A stretch of DNA of 58,809 bases from Chara braunii (lineage: Eukaryota > Plantae > Charophyceae), in contig BFEA01000002.1 in assembly GCA_003427395.1 (NCBI GenBank), positions 186,208-245,016 of the forward strand, given 5' to 3'. Below the pieces are notes generated by a model. The model was given only the letters and a program-made list of their open reading frames with translations, did no database searches and was not told the DNA's origin. Positions 36,302 through 48,100 of the stretch are shown here, in pieces. The first letter of the stretch is position 1, and every line of letters starts with the position of its first letter. Position numbers and translations under genes: made by a program.

Positions 36302-37110
36302 TACTGATTTCGGCAGGGATGACAAGATGTAGCAGAGGGAGGAGGCGGCGATGGAGAAGGAGGAAACGGAAAGAAGATGACAAGGAGCAGCAGGGGGACA
36401 GGGCAGAGGAGAGGAAAGGAAGGAGGAGAAAGAGGAGGAGGAAGGGAAAGATGGGACAGAGAGAGGAGGAGGAAGAGGCAAGGAGGGGAAGGGAGAGGAA
36501 GAGGAGGAGACAGAACAAGAAGGCAAAGAAAACGCGGGGGTGGAGTGGGAGCATACGGAGGAGATTCAGGAGAAGGTGAGGAGGAAGAGGTAAAGGAGGA
36601 CGTGAGGAGTACGCCGGGGAGAAGGTATCGCTCGAGAAGGAGGAGGGGAGCATCCCATGTGGAAGGGTTTTCCTTTTCGCAGCCTTTGTTTCCCACAAAC
36701 CTCTACCCCTCCCAAACCCACATACACATCCAGAGTTCTCCTTTCCCCCCACAGACACCCAGAATTGTGGCATTTGTCATCTCAAGAGCTTTGCGTGCTG
36801 AATTTAATGTCCCCGAGGATTGGGGGACATGTGGCCTTTTCCAAGAGTTGCCTTTTATCTTTTGGCAGAGGGATCTTTAGCTGCAGAGAAGGAGGAAGTT
36901 TTTGCGGGGTGTCGATTTGCTGACAGGGACAGAAAACGCTAGGGTCATAAGATTGACTTTAAACATAATGAAACAGCCCTGGCCTGGCAAGTGCTGAAAA
37001 AGTTTTGAATCAGCACCTCTCTGTCGGGTCAACGGTGTACACGTGACTGTGGGCAGAACAAATCAGGAGTTTGAATCCTGCCCTGTACAAAGCAGGATGA
37101 AATAAAACTA

Positions 37111-37215
37111 CCGTCTTCACCCGAATAGAACGCCCCGTCATTATAGCCGTATTTGAGGCAACATTCAGTCTAGATACAGCGATAAAGACCGGGCGTTCTA
37201 TTCGGATGAAGACGG
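37111..37215. mobile_element. Tc1/mariner-pogo-like MITE (105 bp) with TA TSD
   Basis: TA-CCGTCTTCACCCGAATAGAACGCCC ... GGGCGTTCTATTCGGATGAAGACGG-TA; 25-bp TIR with 1 mismatch. Confidence 0.8.
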
Positions 37216-38639
37216 TAAGGGAAGGGAGGATGACTTCCTTCAAGTGGCGAAAAGTTCCACAATGTCAAGNNNNNNNNNNNNNNNNNNNNNNNNNNNNNNN
37301 NNNNNNNNNNNNNNNNNNNNNNNNNNNNNNNNNNNNNNNNNNNNNNNNNNNNNNNNNNNNNNNNNNNNNNNNNNNNNNNNNNNNNNNNNNNNNNNNNNNN
37401 NNNNNNNNNNNNNNNNNNNNNNNNNNNNNNNNNNNNNNNNNNNNNNNNNNNNNNNNNNNNNNNNNNNNNNNNNNNNNNNNNNNNNNNNNNNNNNNNNNNN
37501 NNNNNNNNNNNNNNNNNNNNNNNNNNNNNNNNNNNNNNNNNNNNNNNNNNNNNNNNNNNNNNNNNNNNNNNNNNNNNNNNNNNNNNNNNNNNNNNNNNNN
37601 NNNNNNNNNNNNNNNNNNNNNNNNNNNNNNNNNNNNNNNNNNNNNNNNNNNNNNNNNNNNNNNNNNNNNNNNNNNNNNNNNNNNNNNNNNNNNNNNNNNN
37701 NNNNNNNNNNNNNNNNNNNNNNNNNNNNNNNNNNNNNNNNNNNNNNNNNNNNCCCCCCCCCCCCCCTTCTTCTTTTCGTTTTTTCCAGAAAATCGAGCTT
37801 TTATCAAGTGCCCAGTCCCCAAGGCAATACAACACAGAACAAATGAAGTCAGGTGTGTCTCACACCCATCCTCACAGGTGGAGCTCCTCCTCGGCCTGTT
37901 GCACTGAGTAGTTTTGGTTCTTATCTTTCTGTTGTCGGAATTTGTAGTTTTTTTTAGTTTTTTTTGTTTAGACAGGTCAAACGTAAGCGATGAGGGACTT
38001 CAAAAACTTCTGCAAACTACTATAGAGTAGTATAGACACCATCCTAATCACACTGAAAAACAACAACTTGAAGCTGCAACAAAGGACTCGGGGAACAGAC
38101 CGCTTCGGTCGCCGACATTTCTATTCTATTCGAAGGACTCGAGTAACAGCCAGAAAGTAGCTAGCAATGTGTGAACTATCAAACCCTATACATCAAAGAA
38201 GTGACCATGAGATATTGCACCTGATGCCGTATCAATTACCACCAGTTCGGTCGGGGCAAATAGGCCAATGCACAAGAAATCGATTCAGTGGCACACCTTT
38301 AACAATGATTATCGTGGAAAAATAACTCACATTCCTTTCCCGATCAATATAAATCTGGCGCTTGAGCACCTGCTTGATCCTCTGCTGAGCTTGACAAAGA
38401 CATGGAGCAGCAGACTGGCTCTCACTGCCTCTCAGCTTCATTCTTCTCTCTCCATATATTAACCCACAGCAGAATCGCTCGCATCATTTGTAAGATACAC
38501 GCTTCTTCCTTCGACAAAAGAAACGGACAAGGATCCAAGCAAAACAGAGTGTTTGTGTGTCCAATAGCTCATCAGGCCGACAGGAAATGGTTGTCCCAAA
38601 GCCCACCACTGCCATGTTCTAGCAGAGCAGGTACAGGAC

Positions 38640-39080
38640 CAAACTAGTTGTGCATATCCTCCTCGAGAAAATCGTTCTGGCAACAAATACAACAGAAAAC
38701 CTTGTTTACCGAGTGTTTACTGAGCTAGTTCAAAGAGCAGTTATTGTACGCTTAGGGAGTGCATGGTGCGTAATTAATCAAAGAAAGAAAGTTTAAGAAA
38801 CCCATCGTACTTGGTAATGTGAACGGCAGCAGCATGATCCAGAGAGCAGAAAAATTCTGCATTGCAGGAGAGGGTATTCCCAAAACCGCAGACTCCCACC
38901 TCATCTGGGCCCGAGCTACTGCCCAGGAGAGATCTAGTTTGGGCAACAACAAAGCATAAACCAGCCTCACCGAGTTTTGCAAAAGACAACAAATCTGTTC
39001 TTGTTTACTAGGTCTGTCCCAGTACCATTGCCAAGCCTTAGGATGAATTAGCGGCTGGTCAGACGAGGCAGCAAGCTCAA
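38640..39080 (-). pseudogene. Decayed ORF2 C-terminal fragment of a second LINE subfamily; homologous copy at ~43200-43520
   Basis: IHPKAWQW..SVRLVYALLLPKLDLSW..RWESAVLGIPSPA here versus RWKSAVLGIPSPALENFSAFW..FLWFIMHHALP at 43291-43578 (zf-RVT-type lead-in). Confidence 0.6.
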
Positions 39081-39764
39081 AAGGTGTGAACTGGGTTCTA
39101 CCCGGAACCTCCTGTTGCAGAACGCATACAGGTCTGAACCGGGTTCTACCCCGGGTTCTACCCCGGACATCCTGTTGCAGAACACATACAGGCTGAAGGC
39201 CCTTCAAGTTCGTTGTCATTGGGATGCCGGAGTCCATCTGACACATCCCAACAAGTGACTTCCCATTCATCATCCAAGATCTGGTGCACAAGCCGCCAAA
39301 CTCGGGGCGTCACTGTACTACTCTAGATTCTCAAAGTTTCAAGAGTCTGTCGTCGCTGCACTTACTCTCTATTAGGAATCCCGAGAAACGGAGTTGAGAC
39401 CTGTCAGAAGGCACGCTAGAACACCACTCTCGAAATGTCGAGAGTTGCCCGCCTGCAAAACATGGATTTTTTAGGGTGCACCCGCGTTGCCTGCCAGAAG
39501 GATTGTTTTTCGAATGTGGATCTCCTGTCCCGGTGGCCAGACCAGCCTGGTGCTGTCCTGTAGTGCAGTGGTAGAGCTCTCAGGGTTTCGAGAGTCCACG
39601 GATTCTATAAGGGCATTTTGAGAGTCTCGCGGCTCTGACAGCACTTGTCGAACTCTAGAAACACTTCGAGAGTCTATCGTAGTGCAGCGAGACCAGCCTG
39701 GCGTTGTCCTGTAGTGTAGTGGTAGGGCTCTCAGGGTTTCGAGAGTCCACGGGTTCTAGAGTCA

Positions 39765-40615
39765 GGGCCTCGCTGCACTACTCTAGACTCTTGAAGTTTC
39801 GAGAGTGGGTCGTCGCTCACTTACTCTTGATCGGGAAACTCTCGAAACCCGATCGAGAGCTGTCAGAAGGCTATGACGCCACTCTCGAAACATCGAGATT
39901 CTCCCACCTGCAAACAACGAGCTTGAGACAACTGTGCCTGTGACTGCTGCACAGTTCAGAATTCGCAGAAATAACAGTCCACTGCAAGATTGGGCCGTGA
40001 GCAGTTCGAAACAGCAAGAAAAACAGAAAACTACGCGTTCGATGGCCTACCGGTTCATAATTGGCGAAAACGGGAGGTGGCCTGGGCTAGTGGTACCTCC
40101 CTTTATCCTGTGGCCTGGCCTGGGAGCAGGTACCGGTAGCAGGCCCTCCCGTATAAAGGGAGGCACCACTAGCCCAGGCCACCTCCCGTTTTCGCCAATT
40201 ATGAACCGGTAGGCCGTCGAACGCGTAGTTTTCTGTTTTTCTTGCTGTTTCAAACTGCTCACAGCCCAATCTTGCAGTGGACTGTTATTTCTGCGAATTC
40301 TGAACTGTGCAGCAGTCACAGGCACAGTTTTTCCAACGAGTTTGCAAGTGTGCTCGTGAGTTGCCGCAGACCGGCTCGTTTTTCGAGAGTGGACCTCCTG
40401 TCCCGGTGGCCAGGCCAACCTGGCGTTGTCCCGTAGCGTTGTCCTGTCGCTGCACTACACTATACAAAACTTGTCAGGGTTTCGAGAGTGCATCTAGTGT
40501 AACAGGTTCTCGAGTAAGTGCAGCGACGGCAGGTATTTCGAGAGTCTCGCCTCTCTGACAATGCTAGTCAAACTCTCGAAATATTTTGAGAGTCTAGAGT
40601 AGTGCAGCGAGGCCC
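39765..40615. mobile_element. PIF/Harbinger-like non-autonomous element (851 bp), nested in a relative
   Basis: Perfect 27-bp TIR GGGCCTCGCTGCACTACTCTAGACTCT; 3-bp TSD TCA (39762-39764, 40616-40618). Confidence 0.88.
39925..40334. mobile_element. Mutator-like foldback element (410 bp) with ~180-bp TIRs and 9-bp TSD
   Basis: Arms 39930-40106 and 40153-40329 are reverse complements with 4 mismatches and a 46-nt spacer; flanks AACGAGCTT (39916-39924) and AACGAGTTT (40335-40343). Confidence 0.85.
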
Positions 40616-41419
40616 TCAGTGCAGCGGCGACGGGCATTTTGAGAGTCTCGTGGCTCTGACAGCACTTGTCGAAACATTTCGAGAGTCTAGTGTAGTGCAG
40701 CGAGGCCCTCTATCTGGAACTGGTAGTTTTGACTTCCTGCGAGGCCTGCAAGCACCAGCAAGTGGGGGTGTCAGCCCGATAGCAATAGGATAACCTCAAC
40801 TCACTGATTGTCAGCTGCCAAGAAAGTACAATATGAATGGCCGATAATCAACCAGCTCAGATGCTAGCTGCCCCCCATGCTGGCTGCCAGGGGGCTGATG
40901 CCTCTGCGGTCTGCAGATTGACCGTCCCCCACCAAAACAAATTGGTCAGTGTACCAGAAAAAAATGCTCAGGGTCTACATCTCACTTACCTGATCCTGCA
41001 TTCCTGGGCATTCATCTCATGGTTGAAAATGAATAATCTAGGTACTAAGTGGTAGGTTGCCCCAGTAGCTTCTCGCTTGATGGAAAGTTATGACAAGGGG
41101 GGTCGCCACTGACGTGGCAAGCCCAACACTTTTTGCTTTTACCGAAAAAGTTTTTGGAACCCCATAAAAGTGCACAAAAAGCTTATCTGAAGTGTGCTTC
41201 TCTGGGAGGAAGGGGGAAGTAGGGGTTGCAGGTATGAGCACCAATTTGACGTGCAGATGCGGGGGAAATATGGGATAAAGGTAAGGCTCCAGTGGCACAA
41301 CTACAGTTGCACGAAGTCAGTTGGTATGAATCTTGCCAGTACTACGTGCAGAATGTGCTTGCTTAGCATGGACAAAAACACACACAGGCCTTGCAAGTTT
41401 TCTTTTTGTTTTGGGGGGG

Positions 41420-42830
41420 GGAGGGACTGCAGACGCACAGAACGTAGGTGGTGTGCCCATTGTCCGGAAGTGCCCCTTTCCAAGCTAGCCTTGGACCCGC
41501 TGGAGTGGAAGTGGAAGAATCATAGAAGCAGGCAGCCCCTACAAATCCTCACGCTGTCTGTAAAAGTCACCAACAGAATGGTTAGACCACGGGTGGATGT
41601 ATGCGCGGTGGTCACGGACTGATGGGTAAGGCACCTGGATCTCGGACGCAACCAACTAAAGGGCATAAAGTGGCCCCTGGGGATGAAGGAGAGGCCTGCA
41701 AGATTTGCATCCCTGCAGTGGCAAATCTACCACAGATGCCTCCCCACCAAGGACTGGATCATTGAACGAACAAGTCCGGAACAAAAGGGGGTAGCCTTGC
41801 CTTGGTGCAAATTCTGTGGTGCAGGCTTCCCGAGTCGCAGGATCCGTGAAACGGTAGAACACAGCTTCCTTCACTGCACGGGCTCAGTGGGACCGAATAC
41901 GGTCACATCTCGGCACGGAGGAGGAATGGCCTTGGAGATGGGAAGCGATCCTGCTTGGGGACTGGAGAAGGCCACAGTCTTCCCCCTTCACCGGCAACCT
42001 TTTCTCCACTGCTAGGAAAGCGGTAGTATGGTCCCTGTGGCTGAGGAGATGTGCATACACCTAGGAGGGGGCCAGGATGGAGGAAGGGGAACTTGCAGAA
42101 ACCGTCAAGCAATACATAGAAGCAGAAGTAAGAGTGTAATGGAGAACAACTCAGGAACGGATGCAAAATCTCACACGGAAAGCAGATATCAGCAAAGAAA
42201 TACAAACCTTTTGCGCAGAATTGCTGGGGGGGAAAAGAGGGGGAGGAATGGCACAGATAAAATGGCCAGGGAGAAGGGGGGGGGACAGACAACCCCACCA
42301 AGGATCATAGGATCCTCTTCAATGACTGGCTGCAGATCGACCCCAGCATCCCTATGAAGGCTCTGGAGGAACTTCTGGACATGTCCCTGCCGGCTGACAC
42401 GCCGCTAGTGGATCTGCAATGGTTTGGCCAATAACATTGAGGGTGGGGGTAGGTGGAAGGGGGCCAGGGAGGGCATACGGTAGGATTATGGGAAACAGGG
42501 GAAACTAGGAGGTGGCCAAAGAACATGAGCAGGGGCAGGGGAGGCTACGATGATGTAGAGCCATCTGGCGGCCATCAGGTGGCTGAACAGGCGGTCCCCA
42601 GCCCATCAGCACACATCTCTAAGACCAAAAGGAATTTTCATGGAGAGTTCCATATTGAATTTCTATATGTTTTGCATTCTGTAAGGGATGCTGGATCTGA
42701 TTTCCAGCAGGTGCTGGTCCCCACCAATAGATTGGAGCCATCCTCCAGGAGGCTAGCAGGGGCTGCTCTTATCTCGTCTGCTAGCCTACCCAGAGGAGGT
42801 GTTTGGCAAAAAAAAAAAAAAAAAAAAAAA
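41420..42830 (+). mobile_element. LINE copy D, 5'-truncated (zf-RVT region, 3' UTR, poly(A))
   Basis: LALDPLEWKW, SLQWQIYHRCLPT..PWCKFC..ETVEHSFLHC; conserved tail at 42685-42807; A23 at 42808-42830. Confidence 0.88.
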
Positions 42831-42899
42831 CACCCTCCTTGAGTCAATTCTCTGGGGTGCATCCCCACTCCATCAGTCTGACCTAAGTGTGTCTACCAC

Positions 42900-43880
42900 T
42901 CAGGACAATCACCTGTCTACCATCTTTGTGGGATGGCCTGACGGACAGCAGTTGCAGGCACCAGTGCTAAGCAGGAATCCCACTCTGCACTGGTTGAAGC
43001 ATATGCGAACGAGCCCTGTCTTAAACCACAAGTACTTCTGCGACCCATTTTTCTCCGATGCGGACGTTAATGCACTGCAACTTTTGTAGGTCGGCCTACT
43101 GGAGCAAAATGGCTGGCAGCACCAGCCAAAAGGAGGTCCATGCTGTTTTTTTTTTTTGTTGGTGTGCAGGGCATTTTCAGGCTAGGCAAGGGAAGAGTCA
43201 AAAATCTTGTGGATGGTGCATATCCCCGACAAGGGAACCATTCTGGCAGTGAACTCAATAAGGAACCTTGTTTACCGAGCGTTTACCAAGCTACAGAGCA
43301 CTAGGGAGAGCATGATGCATAATGAACCAAAGAAACCCAGCGTACTTGGTAATGAGGAACTGCACCAGCACCATCCAGAAAGCAGAAAAATTCTCCAAAG
43401 CAGGAGAGGGTATTCCCAATACTGCAGACTTCCACCTGATCCAGGCCCGAACGACTACCCAGGAGATATCTACTGTGAGGACAGCGAAGAATAAGCCAGC
43501 CTCACTGAGAGTCTTTCCCATGTGCGAGGGATTATCTGGCCTTAACACACGCGCAGGGAACCAGAGGCGCTTGACCATGGCCCGTCATGGGCTGACGTGG
43601 CACCTGGTCTGAACCACAGTGGGGAAAGCAGAGTGGCGGTGATTGTCGCCGTTCGTGCGATCTCTCAGCGGTTTCCACATGAAGTACTCCATAGCCAATG
43701 CCCTTCAGGAGGCTGGAAGGCTCTAGTGTCGTCGATATCCGTCATCGCCAGTGGAGGAAAGAGGAGTCAGCCCCGAGGTGACCGAGGCGTGGGGAGTGTC
43801 CAGGATCGTACAGGGTACATCGGAATTTAGATTGACACAGTCGATTACAACTGTTTTGAATCACAAGTAGAGAAGACAGA
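42900..43880 (-). mobile_element. Decayed fragment of the second LINE subfamily; a further related piece at ~44222-44400
   Basis: Homology to 38640-39080; 43632-43770 and 44221-44350 share tctctcag..tactccat..ccttcaggaggctggaa. Boundaries approximate. Confidence 0.5.
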
Positions 43881-43888
43881 GAAGTGGC

Positions 43889-44217
43889 TACAGCGTTTAG
43901 ACATCTCATTCTTCCCGTGCCCCGAGCTCACCCGGCCTCCAGTGGCCCTCCGGAGACCGGGCAACACTCTAGAGGCACAAACGATGATACAACACTGGTG
44001 GAACAGGATAGAATCCTTGGAAGATCAGCTGCACAGTTAACCCCTCCGGCTTACTGGGCCAGTCAATGCTGGCAGCCAAGACCTTACTTTTCCTTACTTA
44101 CTCCTATGATCCTATCTAGCTTTTCAATGTGCAAAAGGGACGCTGGACCCGTTTTCCAGCAGGTGCGGCTCCCCACCAAAAGATTGGAGCAACTGGTTAA
44201 ATAAAAAAAGAAGAAGA
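43889..44217 (+). mobile_element. Short retroposed element (copy E, ~330 bp) carrying the conserved hairpin-pseudoknot tail
   Basis: Tail motif 44138-44190, A-rich/(GAA)n end, flanking direct repeat AGAAGTGGC (43880-43888, 44218-44226). Confidence 0.7.
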
Positions 44218-45140
44218 AGAAGTGGCGGTTGTCGCCATTTGTTCAGTCTCTCAGTGGTGTCAACAAGATATACTCCATGGTCAATCGCCTTCAGGAGGCT
44301 GGAATGCCTTACTGACGTTGGCGTCAGTCATAAACAGTGGAGAAAGTGGAATTACTTCCGAGATGACCGAAGTTTGCGGAATGTCCATAATTTATCTGTG
44401 AAGAACAGAGTATAGATTGAAGACTGCAACACTGGTCAGCGAATCAGCAGTCCAGACTCACGTAGTCACTAATTATCTGTGAACAACGGAGTATAGGTTG
44501 CATATTGGTTGAAGAGGAGGAGAGCAGAGAACTGTGAGCACTTTCACATTGTCTCTGTGGCAGGAGAGCTGTGGACGTACTGTACTGACAGCGGCTCTGT
44601 TCACATTCCTTTTGTCTCCGGCGATAAGAGCGAAGGCCAGTGGTGGAAGGGTCAGCAGTAGGCTGATTGGTGTTTTCACATTGTCTTATCCTAAGGCTGT
44701 AGGTGGTGATCACATCGACTCTGCACAAGGGGAAGTGCTGATGTGGCATATTTGAGTGCCAAGTAAGGAAGATTNNNNNNNNNNNNNNNNNNNNNNNNNN
44801 NNNNNNNNNNNNNNNNNNNNNNNNNNNNNNNNNNNNNNNNNNNNNNNNNNNNNNNNNNNNNNNNNNNNNNNNNNNNNNNNNNNNNNNNNNNNNNNNNNNN
44901 NNNNNNNNNNNNNNNNNNNNNNNNNNNNNNNNNNNNNNNNNNNNNNNNNNNNNNNNNNNNNNNNNNNNNNNNNNNNNNNNNNNNNNNNNNNNNNNNNNNN
45001 NNNNNNNNNNNNNNNNNNNNNNNNNNNNNNNNNNNNNNNNNNNNNNNNNNNNNNNNNNNNNNNNNNNNNNNNNNNNNNNNNNNNNNNNNNNNNNNNNNNN
45101 NNNNNNNNNNNNNNNNNNNNNNNNNNNNNNNNNNNNNNNC

Positions 45141-48100
45141 TCATACACAGCCAAACCAACTCATGGGGATCAGGGATAGTGAGGAAGGGGGGAAAGGATC
45201 AGGGAATTCTGAAAGCGGGCGAAGAGGTACTGTTGGGTCCACGTTTGTCCAATCATGGAATGACAGGCTGTAGTCTCTTTGAACTTCCTTCTTTTGCCCT
45301 TCTGTCTCTTCTCTTCTGACCCCCCTTTCTTTGATCCGCCCAATCTTACCTCCTTGAGGCCCCCCTAGCCAAGCGCCACTGAATAGTTGAATGTGATGTT
45401 GGATTTCTTTTTTGTTTGATAGGAATTTGATTTTTTCTTTTATTTTGTCCCATTGAGCAGTAATAACAGTTTGCACGTGTAGCTTGATTGCCTCAGTAAT
45501 CTCCGGGCCATCCAGCCTTGCTCCCTCCATTTCAAACGTACAACGACGTTGCCAAAGGGCCCATAGGACGACTCTTCTGCCAGTTATAAATAAATTATGA
45601 GAGAATTCATCTAGTTCTTCTGGAGACCATGTCTCNCATAACAGAGCCCTCCAGTCCCACGGCCAGGTCAGTGAGGTGTCTAGAGAGCTCCAAATTCGAT
45701 CCTACCATCGCCATAGCCAGACTGCACCTGGGCATTGAAGGAAAATGTGCTCAATGGTTTCCGGAACGGTTCTTGATGGGAATGCTGAGGAGCATAGCTT
45801 ACACCAAGGTAAGGCAATGCCTTTCTCTTCCAAGGAAGTCCTATCTATTAGCCAATCATTTGTGGGAAGACAACGATGGTCAATTTGTCACTGTAAAGAG
45901 GCAATTTTTGTTGGCTTTATCTTAATAGTTTTGAACCACTTAACATGTCTTATATCTTCCTTGCTTATATTCAGATGTTCCATCCATCTGGCTTTCACTC
46001 GATCTTTTAGATTCATTCTTGGTCTCAACAATCGATAAGTTGATCTGACTGTCAGGGAGTGGATATTACGAGTAGACTTGCTACGTTCCCCCCGAGGAGC
46101 CGTCCATGACCAATAGATTGGATCTATAGCCAAATTTTTTATTTCACATAATGGTTTGAAAGCCAGCCAGTGATCTTTATTTCTCAAAACTCTGATCCTG
46201 AATACTTGATCGGCGTTGACCCACTTGGTTTCCTTAGTATGAATTTCTCTTATTCGATAATTCTGATCGATTGAGAACAAGGAGAGTAAAATTGATCTCT
46301 CATCATTCACTATTACCACGTTTCCTATTTGTTGGGGGTTTCCTTGGATACCTACCCAATCACTTTCTTTGAGTTGGGGTCCTTTTCTGAGAATCCTTAT
46401 CCACTCTATCGGGACAGCATCAATGAATATATCTAGTGCTCTTTCTGTTTTCCTGTAATAACGCAAGTAGGGCAAGAAATCTGAGAGGGAGTACCAGTCT
46501 CGTGTCTCTAGGTTCCAGATATGTCCAATTCTTAGGATCCCATTTTTGATCCAGCCTCTCCACGGGGAATCCATACATTGAAACATCCTTCCTTGTGAGT
46601 CAGTCAACCACCTGTTATTAAAGAGCGGTTGTTGACAGACCTCTTCCCATCGGTTTGGAGAGATTTTATCTGGTAGGGGTAGTTTGCGCCAAGTCTTCAG
46701 AAGGTCTGGCCAGAATGAGTCATTTTTTATGTTCATTCTTATGGCTTGCCTATGAGGTTTCATAGACTGTTTTGAGAGTTGTGTTCCACCTCTTGGAATG
46801 GACTAGTAACGGTTTTCTAGCCACATCAGGGGATCTGTCCCTTCTGGAGGTTCAAGTGCTAGTCTTGCAATTTGTTCTTCAGCTAGGGCTAACCAAGGAG
46901 TCTCTGGGTCGAAAAGTAGTCGTTTAACCCATTGGATTGAGAGTGCCATCATTTGGGTGGAGGGATCTAAGATTCCTAACCCACCCCTTGGTTTAGGCTG
47001 AATAACTCCTTGCCAAGCAACTCTACTTATGACATTTTGACACTCATGATTTCCTCTCCATAGGTAGGTTGTTATTTGTTTTTTAAGAGGTTTAAGTGCT
47101 GATTTGTCCATAGCCCATATTGCCGACTTATACGAGAGAGACGCCAGAATAACATTATGTATGACCAGTGAGCGTCCTATAATAGAGGTTCTTTTATCCT
47201 TCCATAGTTCCAGTTTTACTATAGCTGGTTTGGATATCCATTCATTATTCCCTGTTGGCTTACCCTTTGCTGAGAGTGAGATCCCTAAGACTCTAATTGG
47301 GGTTTCTGCTATCAACCAACTGATATTTGGGTATTCAGGGGGTCTTACTCCCTGATGGTGAATCCACCACCCTTGTGTTTTTGTTCCCCAATTGATCTTC
47401 ATATCAGAGAGGGAGCATAATTTATCCATCAGTCTCTTGATTGCTAGTAAATTATCGTACGAGGCTTCCACCATCAAGGACATATCATCTGCAAATAATG
47501 AATAAACCGGTATAGCTTCTTCTGAGATGTAGCTGACTTGGATACGCTTAATGTCTCAGTTACACCTTAGATTGACCGCCAAGGCTTCCATCACTATGAC
47601 AAAAAGAAAGGGGGCGATAGGATCTCCCTGTCGCACAGAACGTTCCAACTCAATGGGAGGAGTTAAATTCTCATTTATCATTACCCTCGTTGTAGCATTC
47701 GAATGTAGAATTTCAATCCATCGTCTGAAGCAAGGACCGAAATTGAACTTTTCTAGACATTTATCTAAGAAAAAACACTCCACATGATCATAGGCTTTTT
47801 CAAAATCTATGAAAATGAAGGCCGCATTATGCTTAGATTGTCTAGAGAGTTTGACTAGTTCATTTACTAGTAGAATATTATCTTGAATATTTATGCCTTC
47901 AATGAAGCCCGTTTGAGTAGGATGAATGATATCAGTAATGACTTTCAGTACTCGGTTTGCAGGAGCTTTAGCTACCAGCTTGTAAACTACTGTTAAAAGA
48001 GTAATCGGTCTGTAATTACGGATGTTTGCTTTGTCTCCCTTTTTGTATAATAGAGTTAGTACCCCTTGCCCTACTATTTCCCCCATTGTGCCTGAGGTCC

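Larger units (their letters stand above)
39305..40708. mobile_element. Older PIF/Harbinger-like non-autonomous element (outer layer of the nest)
   Basis: Decayed TIRs gggcgtcactgtactactctagattctc / gagagtctagtgtagtgcagcgaggccc; many subterminal tttcgagagtc motifs. Confidence 0.65.

Noticed and set aside
40800-41300. Possible further zf-RVT remnant on the minus strand
   Set aside because: Needs several frameshifts to read; too decayed to support.
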